64,000 nt of DNA from an uncultured Limnohabitans sp. Its GTDB lineage: Bacteria; Bacteroidota; Bacteroidia; Cytophagales; Cyclobacteriaceae. The position numbers were made by a program, and so were the translations under genes. This document shows, piece after piece, positions 40,783 to 49,682 of the stretch (its first letter is position 1; each line of letters opens with the position of its first letter). The stretch is from positions 39,549 to 103,548 of the forward strand of contig CAZGYC010000005.1 in assembly GCA_964530015.1 (NCBI GenBank). Direction: 5' to 3'. A model generated the notes under the pieces. The model saw only the letters and a program-made list of their open reading frames with translations, did not search any database and was not told the origin of the DNA.

Positions 40783-41823
40783 CTAATACTTAAAGCAGGG
40801 CATGGAGGATTTTCTTCCGGCCCCTTTGGCTGATCCGGCCAGGAAGCTATAGCGGATGGAGATTTCATTTGCCCCGCCGGTGTTTCCATTTCCGAGGGAA
40901 GAGATGGTAAAATCGTGGCTGTAGCCCACGTCCAGGCCATTGCCAAGGGAGATTCCGACCAAAGCGATTACGGATTCGTGGTTGGTTTGGGTCACTTCCG
41001 ACACTGGGATACCCCGATACCAGACCCCAAGCACCAAAGGCTGGAGATTGACCTGGGCACCCAGATCCAGTTGGGAAAAAGGAGCCTGATTTTTGTAGTT
41101 GAACGCCAGAGTCAGATCTCTGGTCCCGCTGCGCTTGTTCATGAAGTTGGTGGCGTCACCTCCGGAAAGATCGATCCTGTAGCCGCCATGTGCCGAAAAT
41201 CTCACCGGAAGCTCACTCTGTTGCCCCTCCACAAAAGACAGGTTCGGCTGGGTGACATGGTGGGCAGCCAGGCCAAACCAGGCATTTTCGTTGTTCAGGA
41301 GCACGCCGAAGCTGTAGTCCATAAACTGGTGGTCGAAATCGGCTCCCAGGTTTTCCCCCGAGAAGTCTCCAATCGCACCGGTCTGATCATCGATCTGGCT
41401 TCCGAAGATCAGATTTCCAAAATAGGCATCCCGGTCCATGTAGCTGACCTGGCCCCCCATCCGCAGGAACGTCCGGAATCCCAACCGCGCGCGATAGGAA
41501 TAGGCCGCGCCGATTTCCGTGACGCTGAGACTGGCCATGCTCTGCTCAGACCGATTGAATATCAGTCCAATCCCGCTGTTGAGGTTGAACAGGTAATGGT
41601 CAACGTGGGCAGAATAGGAGGTGAAGGACTGGTCTAGGCCAGGCCACTGATTTCGGTAGTTTACGCCGATTCGGGTCATCTCAGACGCCCCGGCCATGGC
41701 GGGGTTGAGATAGAGCGGATTGGCATAAAACTGCGAGTATTGAACATCCTGAGCCACAAGGCTCAGGGATGCGCAATACAGGGGGATAAACATCAGGGTG
41801 ATACGCATAAATTTTTCTCTCAT
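40783..41823 (-). CDS. PorP/SprF family T9SS outer-membrane protein
   Basis: QDVQYSQFYANPLYLNPAMAG, NYRNQWPG, GYSHD, EISIRY. Confidence 0.92.
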   Translation of the reverse strand: MREKFMRITLMFIPLYCASLSLVAQDVQYSQFYANPLYLNPAMAGASEMTRIGVNYRNQWPGLDQSFTSYSAHVDHYLFNLNSGIGLIFNRSEQSMASLSVTEIGAAYSYRARLGFRTFLRMGGQVSYMDRDAYFGNLIFGSQIDDQTGAIGDFSGENLGADFDHQFMDYSFGVLLNNENAWFGLAAHHVTQPNLSFVEGQQSELPVRFSAHGGYRIDLSGGDATNFMNKRSGTRDLTLAFNYKNQAPFSQLDLGAQVNLQPLVLGVWYRGIPVSEVTQTNHESVIALVGISLGNGLDVGYSHDFTISSLGNGNTGGANEISIRYSFLAGSAKGAGRKSSMPCFKY

Positions 41824-41826
41824 AAT

Positions 41827-43911
41827 CTATCTGATCAGAGTTATGCCACCTGTACGATTGCCCGTTTGGCCGTCCAGCGTGGTGTAGGTGATTTGATACA
41901 GAAAGTTGCCGGCAGGCACCAGTTGTCCTTTGTAGGTGCCGTCCCAGCCGTCACTTTCGGGGCTGTTGGTAGCGAACAGGATTTCTCCCCAGGTGTTGTA
42001 GACCTCCATGCGGAAGGAAGAGATTCCCCTCAGCTTCGGTTTGAAGGTGTCGTTGAGCTGGTCTCCATTTGGGGAAAAGGCGTTTGGAATGACGATCAGC
42101 TCTGTGGGTGAATTGACCTGCACGGTATTGGATTCCACGGTAGCGCATCCGAACAGGTCGTATCCGGTGAGCCTGACCTCAAATTCCCCGGCTTTGGAAA
42201 ACACGTGTACGGGATCCTTTTCGGTCGATTTGCCTCCGTCCCCAAACTCCCACTCCCAGGCGATGATTTCGGGGGCAATCTCACTTTCGAAGAGGATCTC
42301 CTCCTGGATCATCACTTCCGGCTCGCTGCTGATGGCGAGTTTGCGGTAGTTGAAGTCCAGCCGTGCTCCCTGGGTGCTTTGGTTTGGAAAGTCCACCTTG
42401 GCTTCGGTGCGGGCGGTGCAGCCCAGCGCATCCGTCACGGTGACCGTGAGGACTCCCGCAGCATCAAAGTTGATTTCCCGGGAATTTGAGGAGGCACTGT
42501 TCCATTGGATCGCATAGGGCGCCTTTCCTCCCTGAATCGAAACCCAGGCTAGGCCGGTCGCCTTGCCCGATGCGCAATCCATGTCCAAAGCGGTCTCTAT
42601 CTTGGCCTGGATTGTCGTGGTCTCATTCACCGAGACAGACACGACCGCAGAGCACCCCGCTTCGTCGGTCGCAGTGACGGTGTAGGTGCCGGCCTTCAGA
42701 TCCCGTCTTTGAAGCAGGTTTTTTACCCCATCAGACCAGGTAAGGCTGTGGGTGCCTTTTGCCCCGTCGATTTTCAGGGAAATGCCGCCATTGGCTCCCC
42801 CGGAGCAGGAAACGGGGCGGTTTTCCAAAACTTCCAGAGACAACTGGGATTGGCTCGCAAGGGCAAACTGCTTCTCCGTGGTGCAGCCGGAGGCATCCGT
42901 GATTTTCACCGAATAGCTTCCGGGGGAAAGGCCGGAAATCCTGGACGCGGTCTGCCCGGAGCTCCAGAGGTAGGCAAAAGGAGCCCTTCCTCCGATGGCC
43001 CGGACTTCGATCTCGCCGTCCGTGGAACCCGGGCAGCTAGGCTCGCTGATTTTGGATTCCATGGTCGGCGCATCGCCCGAGTCCAGGGAGTAGGAAGCCT
43101 GGAAGCTGCAGCCCTTGCTGTCGGTCACCAATACCTGGTAGGATCCTGCCGCGAGATTGGCCAGGTCTTTGGATTTTGCCCCGTTGCTCCAGGCATAGGC
43201 ATAGGGTGCGGCACCTCCGGTGACGTTAAGTGCTATTTTCCCGGAATCCGAAGATCCGCAAGCGGGATTTTGGATGGATTCGGCGACCTGAATGCCTTCT
43301 GACGCAGCCTTGATGTCAAAGGAGACACTTGCATCGCAGTTGTATTTGTCCGTCACCACGACGGTGTAGGTGCCCGGCGCCAGTCCCTGGGCTTCCCACA
43401 CATCCTTCAGGCCGTTGCTCCAGCTCACCCGGTAAGGGGGGCTGTCTTTTTCATAGTCGTTGCGGCCGACTTTCACGCTGATCTTGGCATACCCGTCATT
43501 TCCCGACCCGCAGGTGGCATCTTTTTTCTCTATGGGGTTCAGGATCAAGGGAAAAGGAGGCTGGATGACCATCCCTTTGGTAAACTCCGTCCCCTCAGAA
43601 TCCGTGATCAAGACGGTGTAGCTACCGGCATTGAGATTTGTCCGGTTTTGGGTGGTTTCCTTGGTGTTCCACAGGAAGGTATAAGGAGGTACGCCTCCGG
43701 TCACATCCAGGACGATGCTTCCCCTGTCGCTGTGGGAGCAAAGGGCCAGCTTTCCGCCCACTTCCACGGAAATTGCCGAATAGCTCCCAATCCTTGCATT
43801 TTCACGGGTTGGAATGGCAAAGGCAAACTGCGCCAGTGCACGCCAATGAACCCCCAAGCTGAGGATCAGCAGGAGGATCGTTGCACCGGACATTTTGCCA
43901 AACTTTTTCAT
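41827..43911 (-). CDS. T9SS type B CTD cargo with SprB repeats and a PKD domain
   Basis: GGxAPYxYxWS / VTDxxGC repeats, WEWEFGDG PKD, IPNAFSPNGDQLND CTD. Start uncertain (43911 or 43929). Confidence 0.9.
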   Translation of the reverse strand: MKKFGKMSGATILLLILSLGVHWRALAQFAFAIPTRENARIGSYSAISVEVGGKLALCSHSDRGSIVLDVTGGVPPYTFLWNTKETTQNRTNLNAGSYTVLITDSEGTEFTKGMVIQPPFPLILNPIEKKDATCGSGNDGYAKISVKVGRNDYEKDSPPYRVSWSNGLKDVWEAQGLAPGTYTVVVTDKYNCDASVSFDIKAASEGIQVAESIQNPACGSSDSGKIALNVTGGAAPYAYAWSNGAKSKDLANLAAGSYQVLVTDSKGCSFQASYSLDSGDAPTMESKISEPSCPGSTDGEIEVRAIGGRAPFAYLWSSGQTASRISGLSPGSYSVKITDASGCTTEKQFALASQSQLSLEVLENRPVSCSGGANGGISLKIDGAKGTHSLTWSDGVKNLLQRRDLKAGTYTVTATDEAGCSAVVSVSVNETTTIQAKIETALDMDCASGKATGLAWVSIQGGKAPYAIQWNSASSNSREINFDAAGVLTVTVTDALGCTARTEAKVDFPNQSTQGARLDFNYRKLAISSEPEVMIQEEILFESEIAPEIIAWEWEFGDGGKSTEKDPVHVFSKAGEFEVRLTGYDLFGCATVESNTVQVNSPTELIVIPNAFSPNGDQLNDTFKPKLRGISSFRMEVYNTWGEILFATNSPESDGWDGTYKGQLVPAGNFLYQITYTTLDGQTGNRTGGITLIR

Positions 43912-43986
43912 TTTTCCGCCTAGCCGCATTTCACGGCTGTTTTGACTATGGTTTTTTGCTTTACAAAAGCTTTTTTGTGTATTTCG

Positions 43987-44042
43987 ATTTTAAGAATATT
44001 ATTTTTTGCAAATCACATACAGCAAAATGATATTCTTAAAAT
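43987..44042. promoter_or_regulatory. AT-rich imperfect inverted repeat upstream of the T9SS cargo gene
   Basis: ATTTTAAGAATAT(t)ATTTTTTGC...GCAAAAT(g)ATATTCTTAAAAT. Confidence 0.4.
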
Positions 44043-44287
44043 GGGTGATTTTTTTGAAAATAGTCGCTAAATATTCTATTTTCCAAGCGGAACGCTCTTG
44101 GGCATGCGCAAAATTCAAAACTTGGAAAAGTCTAATTTTTCTTCAAAATGTCTTATAATTTAAAAAACTGCCGAAGTGATGCTTTTTTCACGGTGTGAAA
44201 TGAAAAAAGGCCTGCCAGGCAGACCTTGAAAATAATTTGGTTTTTTTTTGGTTTTTTTCAGCCGGAGGGTTTTTGCTCCCCAAAAAA

Positions 44288-45328
44288 TCAATACCTAAAG
44301 CAGGGGATCACGCGGGACCGTTGGTTCCTTGAGCGGGGATCACCCCACAAAAAAGTATATCGGATGGAGACTTCGTGGGCGCCGCCACTGTTTTTCTGCC
44401 CAAGTTTGGAAGTGGTGACGTCATAGGAGTAGCCGATGTCCAGCCCGCTCTCCAGGGCCACACCCACCAGGGCGATGAAGGCTTCGTTGTTTGGCAGGTT
44501 GTTTTTGGTCGGGAGGCCGCGGTACCAAAGACCCAATACCAAGGGCTGCAAAAAGAGCTGCGCTCCCACGTCCAACTGGCTAAAGGGATCCTGCTGCTTG
44601 TAGTTGAATGCGAAGGAAAGGGACCTTTCCTGGTAGTTGTGCGTGAAATAATCCCTTTTGCCGGGCACAAGGTCAAGTTTGTATCCGCCTTGCAGGGAAA
44701 TCTTCATGGGCAGGACACTCGTCTGGTCATCCACAAAGGAGACATTGGGCTCGGTCAGGTGGTGCGCGGAAGCACCCAGCCAAAACTTGTCGTTGTAAAA
44801 CATCCCGCCCACTGCGTAATCCACAAACGAGTAGCGACTGTCCAGAGGTACCCCGTTTAGCTCGTCGGTGATGCTGCCCACGCTTCCGTTGACAATGTCG
44901 ATCATGGATCCAAACACCAGATCGGAGAAGAAGGCATCCCGCTGCATATAGCTCACCTGTCCGCCTACCCTGAAAAAAAACCTGTCACCCAGCCGCAGTC
45001 TGTACGAGTAGCTCAGGCCGATTTCATTGGTGGAGAGGTTGGCCATACTCTCTTGGTTTCCGTTGAATATGAGGCCTATGCCACTGTTGTAGTCAAAGAT
45101 GTAGTGATCGATGTAGGCGGAGTAGGAATTGAAGCTGTGGTCGAGGCCCGGCCACTGGTTGCGGTAGTTGACCCCGACGCGGGTAAGCTCGGATGCCCCG
45201 GTAAGTGCGGGGTTGAGATAGAGTGGGGCAGCGTAAAATTGGGAGTACTGCACGTCCTGGGCACTCAAGTGTGTACTACCCAAGAGCCCCAATAACACTA
45301 CCCATATCCCAACTATTCTATTTGGCAT
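44288..45328 (-). CDS. Second PorP/SprF family T9SS protein
   Basis: QDVQYSQFYAAPLYLNPA, NYRNQWPG, GYSYD, AHEVSIRY. Confidence 0.92.
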   Translation of the reverse strand: MPNRIVGIWVVLLGLLGSTHLSAQDVQYSQFYAAPLYLNPALTGASELTRVGVNYRNQWPGLDHSFNSYSAYIDHYIFDYNSGIGLIFNGNQESMANLSTNEIGLSYSYRLRLGDRFFFRVGGQVSYMQRDAFFSDLVFGSMIDIVNGSVGSITDELNGVPLDSRYSFVDYAVGGMFYNDKFWLGASAHHLTEPNVSFVDDQTSVLPMKISLQGGYKLDLVPGKRDYFTHNYQERSLSFAFNYKQQDPFSQLDVGAQLFLQPLVLGLWYRGLPTKNNLPNNEAFIALVGVALESGLDIGYSYDVTTSKLGQKNSGGAHEVSIRYTFLWGDPRSRNQRSRVIPCFRY

Positions 45329-45520
45329 AAACCAATCCCCAATCCCGGAACAAAGTTATAATCAATACTTTATACAGGATTTGATTTTTGTTAAATAAGA
45401 TGATGAAACTACCAGGGCTTAGGATTGGGGCTAGCAATCACTTGGTTTCAAACCTTACTTCTGACGAAAAAGATCCGTTTTTCGCTACTCGACTCCCAGT
45501 GAAAACTCAATAACTATACC

Positions 45521-45544
45521 AAAGGCGCCGAATATGGCGCCTTT
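45521..45544 (-). terminator. Terminator after lysA
   Basis: AAAGGCGCC gaatat GGCGCCTTT. Confidence 0.7.
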
Positions 45545-45547
45545 GAC

Positions 45548-46771
45548 TTAAAATTCCAGTATTTCCTGGTTTCGGACCAAATCCCCAAAACTTTCCCGCC
45601 TGCGGATCAGTTGCGCTTTTCCGTCCCAGACCAGCACTTCAGCCGGTCTCGGCCGTGAATTGTAGTTGGAAGCCATGCTGTAGCCGTAGGCTCCCGCGTT
45701 TTTGATGACCAGCAGATCTCCGGCCCTTACCTCGTTCAATTCCCGGTGTGCGGCAATGGTGTCTGTTTCACAGATGTAGCCCACCACATTGTATTTGGCC
45801 TTTTTCCCTTCCGGATTGCTCAGATTGTACAGGCTGTGATAGGCGTCGTACATCATCGGTCGGATGAGGTGGTTTAGCCCGGAATCCACGCCCACAAAGG
45901 TGACGCTCGGGGATTCCTTGACCACGTTTGCCTTGACCAGCAGGTAGCCCGCCTCGCTCACCAGAAATTTGCCCGGCTCCAGCCACAGTTCCAAGGGCCT
46001 TCCGTATTGCCCGCAGAAGGCCTGGAAGGCTTCCCCGACTTTTTTGCCCACTTCCATCACATCGGTGGCAATGTCGTTGGGCTTGTAGGCTACTTTAAAT
46101 CCTCCTCCGAAATCGAGGAATTTCAGATCCGGAAACTGCACTGCCGCTTCGAAAAGCACATTTCCGCCTTTCAAAAACACTTCGGCATCCAGGATATCCG
46201 AGCCCGTATGGATGTGGAGCCCGACGATGTGAAGCCGGTGTTTTTTGACCATCTCCAGCATCTGCGGCAACTGCTCGATGGAAATGCCAAACTTGCTTTC
46301 CTTGTGGCCAGTGGATATTTTGAGATTGCCGCCGGCCATGATGTGCGGGTTGATCCGGATACACGCCGGAATTGAGCCCCCATACGCCCGGCCAAACTGC
46401 TCCATCAGGGGCAGGCTGTCCAGGTTGATCATGATCCCCAGATCCACCGCTTCCCGTATTTCATCAAAGGAAACACCGCTTGGCGTGTACATGATTTCCC
46501 CCGCGGTGTAGCCTGCCAGCATGCCCAATCTCACCTCCTCGATCGATACGGCGTCCACTCCCGCTCCGGCTTTGCGGATCAGTTTGAGAATATTGACGTT
46601 GGAGAGGGCTTTGGTGGCGTATTTGATTTTGAGGGGAACGGACGAAAAGGCCTCCTGCAGGGTTTTGACCTGGGAGGTGATTTTCTCTCCATCATAGAGG
46701 TAGAGCGGTGTTCCGAACTGGTCGGCCAGCGATGCGATCGACACTCCCTGGATGTGCGTGGGATTTGGCAC
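45548..46771 (-). CDS. lysA: Diaminopimelate decarboxylase
   Basis: YATKAL (PLP Lys), SKFGI, HIHTGS, DFGGGF, EPGKFLV, GYICETD, GAYG. Probable GTG start at 46771. Confidence 0.95.
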   Translation of the reverse strand: MPNPTHIQGVSIASLADQFGTPLYLYDGEKITSQVKTLQEAFSSVPLKIKYATKALSNVNILKLIRKAGAGVDAVSIEEVRLGMLAGYTAGEIMYTPSGVSFDEIREAVDLGIMINLDSLPLMEQFGRAYGGSIPACIRINPHIMAGGNLKISTGHKESKFGISIEQLPQMLEMVKKHRLHIVGLHIHTGSDILDAEVFLKGGNVLFEAAVQFPDLKFLDFGGGFKVAYKPNDIATDVMEVGKKVGEAFQAFCGQYGRPLELWLEPGKFLVSEAGYLLVKANVVKESPSVTFVGVDSGLNHLIRPMMYDAYHSLYNLSNPEGKKAKYNVVGYICETDTIAAHRELNEVRAGDLLVIKNAGAYGYSMASNYNSRPRPAEVLVWDGKAQLIRRRESFGDLVRNQEILEF

Positions 46772-46990
46772 GGTGGATGGGTTTTTGGATTTGAGGGCGC
46801 AAGTTACCCATTCAACAAAAAAGGGAAGCAAGATGCTCCCCTTTTTTTGGATTTGGTGTAATTAAGAAAATCAGTAACTCAAGGGCAAGATTACGCGGAT
46901 TGTTTGGATTTTGCCCGGAGTGGAAAGAGTGCCTGAGTTAAAACATGTTAAGGGGTGTGCCTCCCCTCCGAATCGCCATAAATTTGTAAT

Positions 46991-48700
46991 ATGACCAAAG
47001 GAAGTATCACCCTGGTAGTAGTCCTGATGTCCCTGGCAAGCTTTGGCTTGATGGCTTTCCAATCCTACTGGATCAGAAATGCCATCCGGATCAATCAGGA
47101 GCGCTTTGATCAAAATGTCCTCCAGGCACTCTCCGGGGCCATTGCCGAGCTCGAAAAGGGCGAAACCAGTGATGTGCTCCTGAGTCAACTCATTCAGGAT
47201 TCCGCACTCCAGGAGACCGTGTTCAAAAAAATCGACCCGATCGAGCTGACGATCGAGCCAATGCCGTTCTATAGCCGTCCCTCGATGGTCGATACGATGC
47301 TTTCGTATCCGGTGCCGCAGGTCAGCCCGACCTTTCGCAGGATGTTGATCTCCAGGGGATTCGATACCTCCATCCTTTCCGAGCTGGAAAACTTCTTCAC
47401 CTACATGACGCCGGAGATAGCCTCGACGATGTTTACGCCGGACGAGATGCAGATCCTGCTCCAGGAGAAAGAAAAGCAACTGGACTATCTGAGCAAGTAT
47501 CAGGGATATCCACAGAGACCCCCCTCCACATCGGGAATGTCCGGCATGAGGGCGGAAATCAACATCACAAATGACGCGCTGGACAAAATCCTAAAGACCA
47601 ACCTGAAGATCGAGCTGATGAACCAGGCCTTTGCCGAGTTGGCAGAGGGCCAACAGGCCATTTTGGATCGGCTCGATACCGGATTTGTCAGGAAATTGCT
47701 GAAAAAGCAGTTGGTAGAAAAGGGCATTCCGCAGGATTTTGAGCTCGGATTGCTCAACGACAAAGCCGAGTTTCTTCCCATCGGAAACGTCTCCGACCTG
47801 GTCCGTCTCAAAAACTACGGCATGCAGGCCAAGCTCTTCCCCAACGATATCCTGGGAAAGGACAATTTCCTGTTCGTCTTTTTCCCCGAAAAAAACAGCC
47901 ACGTCATCCGCCAGGTCTGGCTGCCGATATCCAGCTCCATCGTGTTCATCCTGGTCATCGTTTTCTGTTTTGTGTATGCCATCAAAGTCATCATCCGGCA
48001 AAAGGCACTCTCCGACATCAAAAACGACTTCATCAACAACATGACCCATGAATTTAAGACCCCCCTCGCGACCGTCAGCCTCGCGGTGGAGGCCCTGCAG
48101 GATCCGGATCTTTCCTCCCGGGACAAGTTTCGCTCCAGATACCTGGGCATCATCAAGGACGAAAACAAACGCCTGGTCACACAGGTGGAAAAAGTACTCC
48201 AGGCGGCAGCCCTGGACAAAAAAGACTTCAACCTCAAGCTGGAAGCCGTCAATCTCTCCAATCTGCTGGAAAGCACCGTGGACCATATCAGCCTCCAGAT
48301 CGAGAAACGCGGCGGAAGGATCGATTTTGTCAACAAGTTGAGGAATCCCGAGATCGAGGGGGATCCCTTTCACCTGACCCATATCTTCAACAACCTGATG
48401 GACAACGCCAACAAGTATTCCAGGGAAAACCCGATGATCCGCCTGGAAGCCTGGGATGACGCCGACCAGGTGGTGGTGACGATCCGTGATCAGGGAATCG
48501 GCATGAGCAAGGATGCGGTCAAAAAGATATTTGACAAATTTTACCGCGTGCCGACGGGCAACGTTCACGACGTGAAGGGTTTTGGCCTCGGGCTGTCTTA
48601 TGTAAAAACCATGCTGGAGGCCCACAAAGGCGAAATCCACGTACAATCAGAACCCGGAAAAGGAAGTACCTTTACCGTCAACCTACCCAAAAAACAATGA
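46991..48700 (+). CDS. rprX: Sensor histidine kinase, RprX-like
   Basis: Two TM helices, DFINNMTHEFKTP, GFGLGLSYV; coupled to rprY; TAAATTTG promoter box at 46979-46986. Confidence 0.8.
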   Translation: MTKGSITLVVVLMSLASFGLMAFQSYWIRNAIRINQERFDQNVLQALSGAIAELEKGETSDVLLSQLIQDSALQETVFKKIDPIELTIEPMPFYSRPSMVDTMLSYPVPQVSPTFRRMLISRGFDTSILSELENFFTYMTPEIASTMFTPDEMQILLQEKEKQLDYLSKYQGYPQRPPSTSGMSGMRAEINITNDALDKILKTNLKIELMNQAFAELAEGQQAILDRLDTGFVRKLLKKQLVEKGIPQDFELGLLNDKAEFLPIGNVSDLVRLKNYGMQAKLFPNDILGKDNFLFVFFPEKNSHVIRQVWLPISSSIVFILVIVFCFVYAIKVIIRQKALSDIKNDFINNMTHEFKTPLATVSLAVEALQDPDLSSRDKFRSRYLGIIKDENKRLVTQVEKVLQAAALDKKDFNLKLEAVNLSNLLESTVDHISLQIEKRGGRIDFVNKLRNPEIEGDPFHLTHIFNNLMDNANKYSRENPMIRLEAWDDADQVVVTIRDQGIGMSKDAVKKIFDKFYRVPTGNVHDVKGFGLGLSYVKTMLEAHKGEIHVQSEPGKGSTFTVNLPKKQ

Positions 48701-49392
48701 GCAAGGCAAGACTGTTGGTCGTCGAAGACGATCCAAACCTGGGAGACATCCTGAAGGAATATCTGGAAATGAAAGGGTATGAGCCGACCCTGTGCCGGGA
48801 CGGGGAAGAGGGATGGAACAAATTCAAAAAGGACAAGTTCGACCTTTGCCTATTGGACATCATGATGCCCAAAAAGGACGGCTTCACCCTGGCCCGGGAG
48901 ATCAAAAAAGTCCAGGAAGACCTGCCGGTGCTCTTTCTCACGGCCAAAAACCAAAAGGATGACATCATCGAAGGCCTGAAAATCGGGGCGGACGACTACC
49001 TCACCAAGCCCTTCAGCATGGAGGAATTGCTGCTCAGGATCACGGCGATCCTGCGCCGGACCCAAAAATCCTCCGAAGTCAACGCGCTGAAAACCTACAC
49101 GTTTGGTGATTTTGTGCTGCACTACGACGAGCAGTTTATCGAAGGCCCGGAAGGCAAGCACAAGCTCACCTCCAAGGAAAACGAGCTGATCCGCCTCCTG
49201 GCCTCGGAGACCAACAAGCTGGTGAACCGCAGCCATGCCCTCAAGCAAATCTGGGGAGACGACAGCTATTTCAACGCCCGCTCAATGGATGTCTATCTGA
49301 GCAAGATCCGCAAAATCCTCAGAGACGATCCCAAAGTGCAGATCATCACCGTGCATGGGGAAGGCTTTAAGCTGATTGTGGGGGAAGGGTAA
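48697..49392 (+). CDS. rprY: OmpR-family response regulator, RprY-like
   Basis: EDDPNLG, MMPKKDGF, KPFSMEEL, YFNARSMDVY, as in Bacteroides RprY. Confidence 0.85.
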   Translation: MSKARLLVVEDDPNLGDILKEYLEMKGYEPTLCRDGEEGWNKFKKDKFDLCLLDIMMPKKDGFTLAREIKKVQEDLPVLFLTAKNQKDDIIEGLKIGADDYLTKPFSMEELLLRITAILRRTQKSSEVNALKTYTFGDFVLHYDEQFIEGPEGKHKLTSKENELIRLLASETNKLVNRSHALKQIWGDDSYFNARSMDVYLSKIRKILRDDPKVQIITVHGEGFKLIVGEG

Positions 49393-49395
49393 TTG

Positions 49396-49426
49396 AGTAT
49401 CAAGTATCTAGACGTAAGTATCAAGA
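49396..49426. repeat. Degenerate 7-bp tandem repeat
   Basis: AGTATCA AGTATCT AGACGTA AGTATCA AGA. Confidence 0.6.
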
Positions 49427-49431
49427 TTTGG

Positions 49432-49464
49432 AAATCCCGTGGCAGCGACGCTTCGGGATTTTTT
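49432..49464 (+). terminator. Terminator after rprY
   Basis: AAATCCCG...CGGGATTT followed by T residues. Confidence 0.7.
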
Positions 49465-49510
49465 GCTTGAAAAAAGTTAAACCCGCTTCTTCCAAGTTTT
49501 GGGATTTTGG

Positions 49511-49594
49511 CGTGTCCTGGACGTCCCTACTTTGGTGGGCGATGGTAAAGGTGTGTTTAAGCGGAAAATCGAAGACTTGGTAGCTTAATTGCAT
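49511..49594 (-). pseudogene. 5' remnant (about 28 codons) of a dipeptide (L-Ala-D/L-Glu) epimerase-like gene
   Basis: MQLSYQVFDFPLKHTFTIAHQSRDVQDT resembles the Bacteroidota dipeptide-epimerase N-terminus, then similarity stops. TATTTTTG promoter box upstream. Confidence 0.65.
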
Positions 49595-49682
49595 GGCACG
49601 ATTTTTCAGGGAAAGGCAAAAATACAAAGGATAATTTCTCTCAAATGCCTAGTTTTATCAGAATTGACTCAATCGACATCCC

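Noticed and set aside
46772-46990. Possible lysine riboswitch upstream of lysA
   Set aside because: The conserved aptamer hallmarks are not recognisable and the space is short. Only the hairpin is reported.
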